Virus record (IMG/VR): IMGVR_UViG_3300021090_000016
Coordinates: 3,552-67,551 of that record
Length of the DNA: 64,000 bases
Direction: 5' to 3' (one strand)
Source: a virus
The translations under genes were made by a program, and so were the position numbers. Below, piece by piece: positions 18,558-29,109 of the stretch (position 1 is the stretch's first letter; every line of letters begins with the position of its first letter). A model generated the notes under the pieces. It made no database searches, was not told where the DNA came from, and saw only the letters and a list, made by a program, of their open reading frames with translations.

Positions 18558-19086
18558 GCATCCTCCTCGTAGTTGAGTTGTCTTTCCATTGTCAGCATAG
18601 CCTCCAGTTGTTTGGCCGGCAACCTCCTACTCGAAACGACTCCTGGCCTCAACGACTTCAAGGGCGATCTTGTTGAGGGCGATTCGTGTGTTAACTCCCC
18701 ACTCGGTGTCAGCTGCCTCGTGGGATACTTTTGAGGCAGCGAACCGGATCAGAGCCTGGATTCCATTCTCGTCAACGATCTGGTTCAGTTCAGCGATTTC
18801 CGCGTCACTCAGACGGGATTTGGCATTGGCGTACATAGCTTGTCTCTCCAGTTGTTGGGTCGTCCACTTCATGGGAACCGCCTCTCCTCCAGCATGTCCT
18901 GTACCAAGCCGCGTTCGAGGTCTTCTGTGCAGATTTCCGCACAGGCGTTGATGCAGGCGACGATGCGTGGCACATGCTTCCAGAACTCGCCAGCTTGCAT
19001 GCTGTCCAAAATTGTGTTGCCAGCCCGATCGACGATCGTGTGCGACTCGAAGCCAAGCTCGATGTGCCAGGGCTCAGATGCGTTAT

Positions 19087-19407
19087 TCACTTCTCTCTCC
19101 TCTCTGCCTTGGCGATGGCAGCTTTGAGTTTGGACTCGGTGGTGACAGTTGGCTGGCCATCCAGCGTATGGTGGTAATCGTTCAGGGCGAGCTTGCACGC
19201 CTCCAGAAGATCGTCGTAAGAATTGCAAGCGGTGACGATGAAGATGCTGTTATCGGTATCCTCCGCTTCATTGGTGCGCAAGCGGATTCCGTTGTAAGTG
19301 AGCAGGCAAACGGGGAAGCCGTCAAGGCAGTCGCCAATCTGCCGATCGTTCCTTCCGCTCCTCTCTCGTTCTTGGATCTCCCAGGGTACAGGTGTGTGCT
19401 TGTTCAT
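19087..19407 (-). CDS. Small phage protein of the 'HTPxPW...IVxACN' type
   Basis: Common phage early-gene motif. Confidence 0.55.
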   Translation of the reverse strand: MNKHTPVPWEIQERERSGRNDRQIGDCLDGFPVCLLTYNGIRLRTNEAEDTDNSIFIVTACNSYDDLLEACKLALNDYHHTLDGQPTVTTESKLKAAIAKAERREK

Positions 19408-19997
19408 TTCTTCCCCCTTTTCTCTAGAAACTCATGGTGTAGTGCCGCCAGGGGCAGGTCGGACACAGGGATTGGCTCGGACCAGAACTTCTTCCACAAG
19501 TCAAGGACGCGCTGCTTAAGAACACGATCTTGTCCGTCTGCTCTTATTGTCATCGCATAGTTATCTGCACCTGCAAGATTCGCCAGCCCAACGATCAACC
19601 ACTTCCACTTTTCGGAAGGATCTTTTTCATGAGATGTAACCCAGATGGTTTTAGGGCTAGAGGTACGGTACGTACTCCACTCTCCAGTGATAACAACTGA
19701 TCCAAGCCCAAGGACGTGCGCTGCCAGGTTTGCAAATAGTCGCGCCGTCTCATGGTCATATGCCCTTCTGAACGGCAGCCTCATCGCTTTCGAGATGCCA
19801 GGGTCAGGGCCGATGGACCACTTCTTTACGACGGGCTTCTTGATCGCTGGGTACTGCTCATCCAATGCATTGCGAACCTGCCTCAGCATCCCCGCGAAGG
19901 CACGCCTGGCGTATCGCCGTGCGATGCGGCGCCCGCCCGACTGCTCAAGCCTGGACACCAGCCGTCCGAGCTGCTCAATCTTCTCGATCAGGCTCAT
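19404..19997 (-). CDS. Hypothetical protein
   Basis: GGAGGAG RBS; overlaps its neighbours. Confidence 0.5.
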   Translation of the reverse strand: MSLIEKIEQLGRLVSRLEQSGGRRIARRYARRAFAGMLRQVRNALDEQYPAIKKPVVKKWSIGPDPGISKAMRLPFRRAYDHETARLFANLAAHVLGLGSVVITGEWSTYRTSSPKTIWVTSHEKDPSEKWKWLIVGLANLAGADNYAMTIRADGQDRVLKQRVLDLWKKFWSEPIPVSDLPLAALHHEFLEKRGKK

Positions 19998-20880
19998 CGT
20001 ACATCTCCTCCAGCGCAGCCTGGTGTTCAGCAGCCAGGCAAATGTCAGCCAGTGGGAAAGGTCCCTCCATCAGCGTGGCAAGCAGTGCATTGAGCTTGTC
20101 TCTGTACGTAGCATGCGGTCCCCACTCACTAGGCGAGAGATCGTCACACAACAAACCGATCCAGGTGTGCCAATCATGGGCGACTCTACCTGGGTTGAAG
20201 TTTGTCTTGGAACAAAGAGCTATCTGTACATCGTCCATAATCACAACATCTGGCAATGGTCGCCCATCAAGGAAGAAGAAGATCCGTGCCAGGGCAGACG
20301 CCATCCGGGGGTTGAACGGATCGGTCAGGGGATTCATCGGTCGCTTTCTGCTCTTCACTTCTTCCTCCTGATGGGCGGAACGATCTCCTTGCCGATGCGC
20401 CACAGCAGCATGTATCGCAGGTACTCAGTCTCCGTGAGACGGATGGCGTTTGTCATGCCATCGCTAAGTATTGTGTGCTCTGCCCCATCTGGGTACACTA
20501 CGTCAGGCACAAGGCTTATCATCCTTCGGACATAGCTTACGACAACAGGAACCCAACGCCCCGACCTTGTGCCATAGTAGAACTTCTGTATCAGCAGCTT
20601 GTCGCCAGCCTTGACCACGCGGATCACTTGCACTCCTTCTAAGTCAGCTTGCCGATCTTGTCGAGGAACAGTAGGCGGAGCAGCTCTTCCTCTGACTCGA
20701 TCTTGCGCATTTCTTCGTTGCGGACAAACCATATATCGTCGCTGCGATCGAGCAAAGTTGCCTTGTATAGTAGGTCATAGGACGTATCGTTTCCTACAAC
20801 GATGCCAACGCAGGGGAATCTGACAGAGCAAACCCCCACAATACCATTCGTCAGGAAGTGGTCCCCCTCCTTGAACTCGC

Positions 20881-22179
20881 TCACGGCTCTATCTCCACGT
20901 CGATGCGCCTGCCGAACGGAGGCTCAGCCTTGTTATCCCCGGTCACACACCAGATTACAGGGATGTCCGGTGCCTGATCTGGAAAGTCACAGTACAGGTC
21001 GGTTAGACAGATGGCAACGGATGGCTCCTCTTCGCACTCTTCCTCGATCCACTTGAAGAATGGGACTGTGCTTGTCCCGCCTCCGCCCTTCGGCTCCAGC
21101 ACAAGCGGGCCATCGCTCGGCTTCCATCGTTGGACGTGTTGGATTGCAGCGTCACAGTAGACGATCACTAGCTCGCAGTCATAGGCGGCTAGGATGCCGG
21201 TCAGCTCTCCGCCGAAGACCTTCATCTCAGGCAGTGAGATTGATCCACTGGTATCGAACCAGCAGACCACCTGACCTATCTCTTCACTCCTCATCCCCGG
21301 CAGGTAGATCCCCTGGTGGATGAGCCTTCTGTTAGGCGGAGTCCAACTATAATCGTTCTTAGAATGTGAAGTCACATAGTCCGCCAGCTCACGCTTCCAA
21401 TCCTTCTGCGGAGCGAGTAGCTCATCCACTAGACGGTCGATGCCAGCAGGCAGCGTGCCCTTCTGCTTTGCCATCTGTCTAGCTTGAGCGACAGCAACCT
21501 TCCAGTCTTCTTCAGCCGCTCGCTGGTCCGCAGGGCTCATGTCCTTTGGCTCTCTGACACCACCACAGCCGCCTGGGTCGGTGTCTGTGTTGTCATCATC
21601 ATCTCCGTCATTGTCCTGTGGTCCTGGAGGGCTGGCTGGGTTTCGCTTCTTCCCAGCAGCCCTGCCACCCTTCAGATCTTTGGGCAAGTTTGGGTAGTAC
21701 CACTCGGCGGACATCCTGGGCGGAAGATCCTTGAACAGTCCCTCGCCAGGCATCAGCCTGCCCTTCGGCAGCTTCAGCCCGCAGTCCACTTCCACCATCG
21801 CGTTGATAGATAGGTCTGCTGCCAGGTTCCACTCAAACGGATCGCGCCACTCCCGTCTGGTGTGATGTTTAAAGGCTGGGTGCATGCACTCGTGAGACAG
21901 CACTGCCACTTGTTCGTCTGGTTCTAGAGAACACCACCACTCTGGGTTATACCACAGATGGGAACCATCTGTGCATGCAGTCCTTATAGACCAGTCAGGA
22001 ATCCTCCTGCCTGGGCCAGCGATCTTAAGGGCGAGGTAGGCGAAGAATCTATGAATTGGGTCATTGCCAAGAACCAGTTTGGCAAGCTCCTTGCCAATGG
22101 CCTTGTCTGCTTTCTCCTCCAGCACAGACCGCTTAGCCATTTCTTCTAGGCGTGCCATGCCATCATTGAAATTGCTCAT
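20881..22179 (-). CDS. DUF2201-type metallopeptidase + VWA domain protein
   Basis: 'TACTDG', HExxH 'HECMH', 'WNLAADLSIN'; MIDAS 'DTSGS', 'GGGGT', 'LTD'. Confidence 0.9.
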   Translation of the reverse strand: MSNFNDGMARLEEMAKRSVLEEKADKAIGKELAKLVLGNDPIHRFFAYLALKIAGPGRRIPDWSIRTACTDGSHLWYNPEWWCSLEPDEQVAVLSHECMHPAFKHHTRREWRDPFEWNLAADLSINAMVEVDCGLKLPKGRLMPGEGLFKDLPPRMSAEWYYPNLPKDLKGGRAAGKKRNPASPPGPQDNDGDDDDNTDTDPGGCGGVREPKDMSPADQRAAEEDWKVAVAQARQMAKQKGTLPAGIDRLVDELLAPQKDWKRELADYVTSHSKNDYSWTPPNRRLIHQGIYLPGMRSEEIGQVVCWFDTSGSISLPEMKVFGGELTGILAAYDCELVIVYCDAAIQHVQRWKPSDGPLVLEPKGGGGTSTVPFFKWIEEECEEEPSVAICLTDLYCDFPDQAPDIPVIWCVTGDNKAEPPFGRRIDVEIEP

Positions 22180-22181
22180 TC

Positions 22182-22481
22182 TTATTTCCTCCCAGCGGAA
22201 GCGAGAAGCGATCCACGCAGAACCGACAGCATTACTTCCTCGATCCGATCCTTGGCTTGTGGAAACAGATCCATCAGGATGTCCCACACATCGGGCTCGA
22301 CTTGGAGCCGATGCTTGGCAATGAACTCGAACAGTTCCCATGCGCCATACTCGTCCTTACAGGCAAACTCTTGGTAGACGCGAGGCGATACGATATGGAC
22401 CGCATCAGTGACTTCGATCGGGTCACGGTAGATTGCGAACTTGCGCTTAGGAAGACTGATCTTGGAGAATCCATGCTTCAC
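22182..22481 (-). CDS. Hypothetical protein
   Basis: Operon packing. Confidence 0.45.
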   Translation of the reverse strand: MKHGFSKISLPKRKFAIYRDPIEVTDAVHIVSPRVYQEFACKDEYGAWELFEFIAKHRLQVEPDVWDILMDLFPQAKDRIEEVMLSVLRGSLLASAGRK

Positions 22482-23002
22482 GGCAACACTCCCTTTGCCA
22501 GAAAGTATTCCTCTCCGTCTGAACGCAGTGCGTCCTGCCTATCTTGCAGCGCCTTCCATAGCGTGGCGATGTTCCTGATCGTCAGCCGCTCCGTTGCCAT
22601 AAGCGCCTCGATCCATGTGCTCCCCGTTCCAGGCAGATAGACCGACCGTCTCCACTTCACCTTCGACTCGCTAAAGTCCTCCTGTTTGGGCCAGGCTATG
22701 TCAGTGGCACCAAATCCCCATCCGTCCAGTAGTGATTCGCCGATGATTACTCTTTCACCGAGCACAAGCCCGCCAACCAGGTAGCCATCGTGGCCTGCTG
22801 GAAGCCAGATGACTCCTCCGGCAATGAGTTTATTGCCATCTGAGATACTCTCCAGCCCAATGCAGCGCACCTCAGCAACGCACTGGATGACACCCGGCAA
22901 GATCAGCTTTGCCTGCCTGTTGGTCATGACCAGTCCCCGTGGGTCGGGCGAGGGCAACTGCTTGTCAATCTCTGCGAGAACCTTGGACACCTCAAGCTGC
23001 AT
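22478..23002 (-). CDS. Hypothetical protein
   Basis: Operon packing; GGAG RBS. Confidence 0.45.
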   Translation of the reverse strand: MQLEVSKVLAEIDKQLPSPDPRGLVMTNRQAKLILPGVIQCVAEVRCIGLESISDGNKLIAGGVIWLPAGHDGYLVGGLVLGERVIIGESLLDGWGFGATDIAWPKQEDFSESKVKWRRSVYLPGTGSTWIEALMATERLTIRNIATLWKALQDRQDALRSDGEEYFLAKGVLP

Positions 23003-23837
23003 TGGAAGTCTCCCGAGCTGCCGACGCCAGGATGGTAGCCCGCATGATCGACTCTTCCGTTCGGTCCACGGAGGAACGCAGGCTCTCCAGCCCGATGCCG
23101 AGCAGCGCCTCGTACTCCTTGATCTTCTCCTCCAGTGCCAGAGCTTCTCCCTGACGGGCTATCAGCGCCTTCTTCTTCAGCTTGCCGCTCTTGATCTCTC
23201 CCTCAATTTCATTCAACCGCTGCTCGATCTCCCCGGTCAGGCCAGCGATGATTGCCTTGATCGAATCGGGGTCGATGACCAGCTTTGCCAAGTGAACCTG
23301 GCTGGGGTTCTTGAAGCTCGCCGACTCCACAACTGCGGCGATCTTCCGCCACGTTTCCAGGGTGGCTGGCGGGATGAAGTACGCGCCCCTGCCGACAGGG
23401 AAGTGCGTGCCGCCCAGGTGCTTGATGAGGTGGACCAGGCAAGCAGTCACCTCAGCCGTGCGGACCAGGCCCCTGTGCTCGTTGAAACTGTCAACGATGG
23501 CTTGGATGTTCGCTGGCGCCCCAGGGTAGAACGTCATGGCGTTGTTCGCGTCAATGGTCACGCTGAACAGCCGGTCCACCCGATTCTCCGTGTCGGTGAT
23601 CGGCACCACCTGCCGCACCTCGTAGCCATCATTGTTCTTCAGCGCTGGGATCAAGAACACCGCCCCACGGTGCGTATCCTCCAGCGCGTCCTTCAATCCC
23701 TGCGTTGCCGTCCGCTTGCAGGGAGCGAACTTGCTAAAGCCCTCCTGCTTGAACCCGTCCACGAGAAGCTGCCTTCGGCTCCACATCGGGATCTTCCATC
23801 CGGTCAGAAGTCCGTAACCGTACTCACGCTCAATCAT
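22992..23837 (-). CDS. DUF3150/DUF6744-like protein with C-terminal coiled coil
   Basis: 'GRGAYFIP' and 'YEALLG' motifs; lies between the AAA and VWA genes; AAGGAG RBS. Confidence 0.55.
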   Translation of the reverse strand: MIEREYGYGLLTGWKIPMWSRRQLLVDGFKQEGFSKFAPCKRTATQGLKDALEDTHRGAVFLIPALKNNDGYEVRQVVPITDTENRVDRLFSVTIDANNAMTFYPGAPANIQAIVDSFNEHRGLVRTAEVTACLVHLIKHLGGTHFPVGRGAYFIPPATLETWRKIAAVVESASFKNPSQVHLAKLVIDPDSIKAIIAGLTGEIEQRLNEIEGEIKSGKLKKKALIARQGEALALEEKIKEYEALLGIGLESLRSSVDRTEESIMRATILASAARETSNAA

Positions 23838-24126
23838 CGTTGTCTCCTTTGGTGTACTCGACACCTAAACGTGTTTGAAGAAAGTGTGCTGCCGCTCCTC
23901 CGTGCCTGGCTAAGTGCCTGGCGAAAGGGCTCATCGCCTCATCACCTATCGTGTGGTAACGCATCGGGTGCCAGCCACGCCCGTCATCGCACCAACATCT
24001 GACAGTGTGTCCTGCTGCCCTGGCTATACAAATCCCCATCTCCGTTGGGTGTGCATACGCCAGGTGCATCACAAGGTCTTGCAGCCATGAAAAGGATTGG
24101 TCACAGTACATGCACTCGTGCATCAT
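23830..24126 (-). CDS. C2H2-type zinc-finger protein
   Basis: 'CMYC..F.....L..HLAYAH'. Confidence 0.55.
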   Translation of the reverse strand: MMHECMYCDQSFSWLQDLVMHLAYAHPTEMGICIARAAGHTVRCWCDDGRGWHPMRYHTIGDEAMSPFARHLARHGGAAAHFLQTRLGVEYTKGDNDD

Positions 24127-24304
24127 TCATCACTCCATTCTTCCCTCCATCTCCGTGGCAGAAAGCCGCCGTTCTGAATCCACTCGTCCAGGGCGAGGAC
24201 TAGCTCGGCGAGGCGGCAGAAATCGCCTGGGCAGATATGGTAAGGATCATTGACAATAAGTTTGGCCAGGCTCAGTTGCTCGCACATATTGGCGTCAGGG
24301 TCCA

Positions 24305-25324
24305 TCAGTTCTTCCCTCCTATGTATCCACCCGCAGGGTAGAGAATGTCGCGGTGCTTTTTCATCCAAGCTGCCGCCTCATTGATGCAGGTGATCTCTGA
24401 ATTGACGAACGCCGCATCTCTGACCAGAAGACAGCTGTACTCGTCGGGCAGTCGGTCGGCGTACTGCATGATGCCCCTTAACTGCTTCTCGCTTGCATCC
24501 TTCGCTCGATCTGCTAGTGCCGTGCAGAGGGCGATGGCAATGCTCGGCTCCTTTGGGATCATTGCCTTCTCGGGGTTTGCTATCACCCCGTCAGGGTCCG
24601 GCAGATCACGATAGTTACGGGCGAAGCCGATGTATTCATGTGCAACAGTGCCGACGATCCCTTCCGTAACCTGTGTCTCCAGATCAAACGAGACAAGAGG
24701 ATGCACATTGGACACCATTTCCCACGACCTGGGCGTCCCGAAGGCGCGCTCGTTGAGTTTTGGGTCGAACGTCATCAGAGACGTTGGCTTGAAGTTCAGA
24801 TACCCCCTTACCTCGGGTATGATTCCATTTTCCATTGCCCACATATTCCAGTCCTTGTGGTCCACTTCAACGTCCAGGTGAACGAACCTGTTCAGGAGCG
24901 GAGTTATCATGCGGTGGCATCCTGCTCGGTCTTCCTGGCGATTGCTGCATGCGACGACCCAGGCGCCGTCTGGGAGGATGTAATCCCCACATCGTCGATC
25001 CAAGGTGATCTGCATGGCCGCTGCGTGCATGAGCTGTGGGCATTGCGCCAGCTCCTCAAGGCAAATGATTCCGCGCCATTCTCTGTCTTGTGGGAACAGG
25101 GAGTTGACCCAGTAGATCATTCGCTTCTGGACATCGGCGATGGGGAACTTCAGATCGCTTGGGTCGTGATAAATCAGGCGCACGTCCAGGAATTTCCCCT
25201 CCAGCAATGACGCAAGCTGCCGGCACATCTGCGACTTGCCAACGCCCGGTGGGCCAGAAAGCAAGACTGGTGGCTTCGCCTTGGAAATAGCTTGCATGGT
25301 ACGGATGATGTCGCTAGGCTTCAT
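24305..25324 (-). CDS. MoxR/AAA_5-type AAA+ ATPase
   Basis: 'GPPGVGKS', 'ICLEEL', 'ACSNR', 'LLNRF', 'TPRSW'. Confidence 0.9.
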   Translation of the reverse strand: MKPSDIIRTMQAISKAKPPVLLSGPPGVGKSQMCRQLASLLEGKFLDVRLIYHDPSDLKFPIADVQKRMIYWVNSLFPQDREWRGIICLEELAQCPQLMHAAAMQITLDRRCGDYILPDGAWVVACSNRQEDRAGCHRMITPLLNRFVHLDVEVDHKDWNMWAMENGIIPEVRGYLNFKPTSLMTFDPKLNERAFGTPRSWEMVSNVHPLVSFDLETQVTEGIVGTVAHEYIGFARNYRDLPDPDGVIANPEKAMIPKEPSIAIALCTALADRAKDASEKQLRGIMQYADRLPDEYSCLLVRDAAFVNSEITCINEAAAWMKKHRDILYPAGGYIGGKN

Positions 25325-26124
25325 GACACTCCTCTCGAAAGGGTGGAGGGCCAGCCCCGGACCATTTGCAGTGGGGAAGGGGCTGGCTGTTCTTGTTTAC
25401 CAGTCGCGCTCTCGAAGGATCACGGCTCGCGTGAACCCCTCGATTCTTTGCGTCCCGTCGCAGTTGTTGGCGAGGTGCCTGATGTTTCCGTCCGAAACCT
25501 CGTCAACCTCACTGTTGCAGTCATGCTCCACGAAATAGACCGGCAGGTCAGGTGGCATGTAGTTCAGTTTCTCTACCAGCTCTCTGACAGTCATAGGATT
25601 TCTCTCTGGTAAGTGGCGAGCGTTGCTTTGATTTGCTCCAGTGCGTCACGTATTCTATTGCACTCGCTTTCTATCGCCTCCAGTTTGGAGCGGAGGCACT
25701 CGCACACAAAATGGGCTTCGCAGTAGTACGTTCTCTTGTTCGTCTCTAAGTCCCAAAGGCGTTCAAAGGTCCTTTGCCGACAGCCCTTGACGGCGCATGG
25801 TTGGTTAAATGGCATCTTTTCCATTGCCGTTCCATTGCTCGCGTTCATCTGTCCTCCTCTTCATCATCTAGATCGAACCCATAGTTTTCACAGTAGTCCG
25901 ATAGCGTATTGACCAGGCGAGCGCGGCTCTTTCTCAGGGCGAGCTTGGTTATCATGGCAACTTGCTCGTTGGACCAGCATGCTTTCCGTGCCGCCACCCT
26001 AAACCGTAGAAGAAGGGAGGCGGAGTTGCTCTCTCCCATCACAACGCACTTGACCTTTGGCAGGCGGAGCAGCTCCTTTCGTTTCATCTTCTTGGTGCTC
26101 ATTGGACCAGACATCGCTTCTCCT

Positions 26125-26505
26125 TCACACGATCTTTGCCTTCATCATCGCGCCAGCAAGCTGCCTCCAGGCGTCCTCAATCTCTTGGACAGCAACCTTG
26201 TGCGCCGACAAGGTTGTCAGGTGGAACAGCACGCTGTCAGCCCGCTTGAGCGCTGCCAGCAATTCGGGGAGCGCCAGGATGATAGCTTTCACACGCTCCC
26301 CTGCTTCCATCTGGTACTTGAACTCCAGGCTATCCGAGTAGTAGTTGGTATGGTGCTTCTGCAACCAAGGTACGAGCCCCTTGGCTTGAGCAAGCTCTTG
26401 GTCATGCCTGCACAGGATCACGATGACTGGCGCACTAACCTCGAATGGCAGCGTTGCCAGGTACTGCCACACGTCATCTTGGATGGTGGTTGCTGATGTG
26501 GTCAT
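26125..26505 (-). CDS. Hypothetical protein (paralog of 26753-27034)
   Basis: Shared 'W..L..LPFE..APV...KG...L.KH'. Confidence 0.5.
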   Translation of the reverse strand: MTTSATTIQDDVWQYLATLPFEVSAPVIVILCRHDQELAQAKGLVPWLQKHHTNYYSDSLEFKYQMEAGERVKAIILALPELLAALKRADSVLFHLTTLSAHKVAVQEIEDAWRQLAGAMMKAKIV

Positions 26506-26752
26506 GAGCTCCTCCTTGGAGGAAAGTCTGGTCGAATCGGCTTGTCACCGAACCTGTTCAATATAATGCCAAGCTCGCTCGTTGCGTCTTGGAGGTCCTT
26601 CTTGGCTTGGCTAAGCGAAACGTCCAGCTCGCAATAGGCGTTCTCTTCCCAATCACAGTTGAAGTGATCTCGGATTGACTGCAACGCCTTGTCTGCCTGC
26701 TCGATGAGATTCCGGGCCTCACGGAGCGCTGACTTACTCTGAAACCTCTTCT

Positions 26753-27034
26753 TCATACATCCTCCTTCTTGTCAGGAGTCACGAGCAAGGCGGCGAGCCG
26801 CTGCATCTCGTCGTACCCTTGCTTAATGAGCTGGTCTTCCTTGCTACCGTGCAAGGACAATATGAGCTTGTCCTTGTGCTTCTTGAGGAATGCAAGGAAG
26901 CCCTTGCAAACCAGCTGCCTGTGCTGGCACTCGCCCGGAAATCCCTTTAGCAGGAAGCTGGCGACTGGAGCGCCTTGCTCGAACGGGAGTTCGATGAGCC
27001 CACGCCACAGTGTGTCGATCTGCTCGTCGGTCAT
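26753..27034 (-). CDS. Hypothetical protein (paralog of 26125-26505)
   Basis: Shared motif as above; GGAG RBS. Confidence 0.5.
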   Translation of the reverse strand: MTDEQIDTLWRGLIELPFEQGAPVASFLLKGFPGECQHRQLVCKGFLAFLKKHKDKLILSLHGSKEDQLIKQGYDEMQRLAALLVTPDKKEDV

Positions 27035-27633
27035 ATGCTCTCCTTTGGATCATCCATTGGCATGAGTAATGCGTCGAACGTCTGCTCATTGTTTGGTCCG
27101 CCTCGGGCTGACAAGCCGATGGGAATGCCTTGCCCAAAGTATTTCAGGGTCACACTGCCGTATTTGTGAATCTTCCCCTGGATCTGCTGGCACACCTCCA
27201 GCAAACTGATGAGCAGAGCCACGTTCAGGGTGACTTCGGCAAGTGGCGCGTTCTTCGGGCGAACCGTGTCAGTGCTTGGGAACCTAAGCCCATTATCTTG
27301 CACGACAGTGACCGTCTCGGTCCCACGCTGCATCACCACCCCGTTCGCGGTTCTTTCAACTGCAATGGGAAGACGGATAGCGCCATCTGGTCCCATTGCC
27401 ATTGCCTCACTCCACTTGGACTGCGGAATGAGCACAGCCCACTCTTCTGCCTGGCGCTCCGCCACAGATGGAAACACGCCCTGCACAATAGCCAGACGCC
27501 TTCCGTCCGTTGCCTCGACCCGGTAGCCATTCCCGACCGCACACAGCTTGACGTAAGAGAGCGCATACCTTGCTGAGTCTTTGCTGGCGATCGTCGCCAA
27601 TCCCTTCAGATTCCTATGCAGGTAAATCATCAT
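27031..27633 (-). CDS. DNA polymerase III beta-clamp-like protein (partial domains)
   Basis: 'ASKDSARYALSYV...ATDGRRLA...FP' resembles the DnaN central domain. Confidence 0.65.
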   Translation of the reverse strand: MMIYLHRNLKGLATIASKDSARYALSYVKLCAVGNGYRVEATDGRRLAIVQGVFPSVAERQAEEWAVLIPQSKWSEAMAMGPDGAIRLPIAVERTANGVVMQRGTETVTVVQDNGLRFPSTDTVRPKNAPLAEVTLNVALLISLLEVCQQIQGKIHKYGSVTLKYFGQGIPIGLSARGGPNNEQTFDALLMPMDDPKESI

Positions 27634-28117
27634 TCCTCCTTATTTGGCTTCCAGCAGTCCATCAAGGCGCAGGCAAGCAAGCGACCGTCGAATCCTTCTT
27701 TATCTGCGGCTGTCATTGGACCAGCAGGGAACAGGCCGAAGCGAACGCCAGCCCGCTCGCTGTCTGTGAACTTCGCCCACATTTCCGTCGCCTTTGAGTG
27801 ACACAATAGCTTCATGGTCTTCTCAGCATCGCTCATCTAGTTCTCCTTGTATTGATGCCACAGAAAGAAAGGCTGAGTTGCTGCCGAGGCACAAAGGCCA
27901 CGATCTATAACGCCATCATCTATGGAGCACCCAGCCTTATGCTGCCTTTGTGTTGTCGGGCATCTCGACCAGGACCGGGCGCACCAAGCCCCGGAGGTAC
28001 GCTCCTGGGAACGTAATCAGGAAGAACTCGGCTGCCACCTTGCTCTCTAGGATGGAGTTGTAGTAGCCCACCAGTTCCTCACTCCAGTCATCACGCCTGG
28101 TCAGAACAAGCTGGTAC

Positions 28118-28849
28118 TTAGGCTCGTACACGCTTCCCTCGCTTTCTTACATTGGGCGCAGCCTTCTTCTTTGGTGGGCGAAGTTCCCAGAGCATGTGCC
28201 GAAGGCGCTTGTTGAGCAACCCCTCGGAAGCAGGGCTTGTGTCTCCGAAGAGAATCCAACACGCCTCCTTGAGCTTCTCTACGTCAGGTCGATCGTTTGC
28301 GACCAGGCCACCAAGGTTTACGATTCCGAACCGAAGGCACGAGCCTACGTCATACCTGACACCTGTAAGGCTGAGACCGTAATCCATGCGTTCCCAGAAC
28401 GCTTCGGCGGCTTTCAGCCTCTCCAGCGGACACTTGCCGAAGAGCTTCTTGGCTGCAATGAAAGCCGCCTTCGTGTGTTCGTTGGCAAACCCTTTGTCTT
28501 TCACGACCTGCTCTGCCCATTCCAGGACAAAGCGCCTGAGCACGTCGGTGGCATCTGCCAGCCAAACGCAGGTCCGATGCGAGGCTGCTGCCTTGTCGGT
28601 TCGCAGGTCGATAGTCCCTGAGAGGATCACCCGTTGGATCAGCGTGCCCTTAATGTACCTCAATGCGTCGATGGGGCGTTTGCTGGCGTGCAGCCCATTG
28701 ACACATGCCATGATCTTGCCAATCACCCTCATTGTCCTGCCAGGGCGGACCTTGTGGCGAGGCACTTCGTTATAGCTCACAGTCATCCCATCGGCGGGCA
28801 GCCAGTGCCAGCCGATGTACGTTGTTGCCTTCTTCTTTACCTCACTCAT
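28118..28849 (-). CDS. Conserved phage hypothetical protein ('C.NGLHAS..P.DAL.Y' family)
   Basis: Recognisable motif; AGGAG RBS. Confidence 0.55.
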   Translation of the reverse strand: MSEVKKKATTYIGWHWLPADGMTVSYNEVPRHKVRPGRTMRVIGKIMACVNGLHASKRPIDALRYIKGTLIQRVILSGTIDLRTDKAAASHRTCVWLADATDVLRRFVLEWAEQVVKDKGFANEHTKAAFIAAKKLFGKCPLERLKAAEAFWERMDYGLSLTGVRYDVGSCLRFGIVNLGGLVANDRPDVEKLKEACWILFGDTSPASEGLLNKRLRHMLWELRPPKKKAAPNVRKRGKRVRA

Positions 28850-29109
28850 GATTGGTTCTCCTTTCGTGGTTGGTGTCCTAGCGCTGCCATCAGGAAGTGC
28901 CCATGCACTCGACCGCTTCTATCAGCAGAGCTGGCAAGGTGTTCAGCCATTTTGATGATGTCAGTGGTTGCAAAGCCACAAGGGCATACGGCTCCCCCTT
29001 GCAATTCTCGACAATGGCGGAACATGAGATGGCGTGCAAGTTCTCTGAATCCATGAAACGCATGGCCACAGATCGGGCAGGTCGCCGTGCCCCTGTCGAG
29101 GTTGCTCAT
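28846..29109 (-). CDS. C2H2-type zinc-finger protein
   Basis: 'CPIC..F.....L..HLMFRH' followed by 'CPCG...HL...H'. Confidence 0.55.
   Translation of the reverse strand: MSNLDRGTATCPICGHAFHGFRELARHLMFRHCRELQGGAVCPCGFATTDIIKMAEHLASSADRSGRVHGHFLMAALGHQPRKENQS

Noticed and set aside
22809-24002. Long antisense ORFs (e.g. 22809-24002 +, 35977-36939 -, 40667-41671 -, 46514-47470 -)
   Set aside because: They shadow well-supported genes on the opposite strand in GC-rich DNA and have no motifs or RBS.
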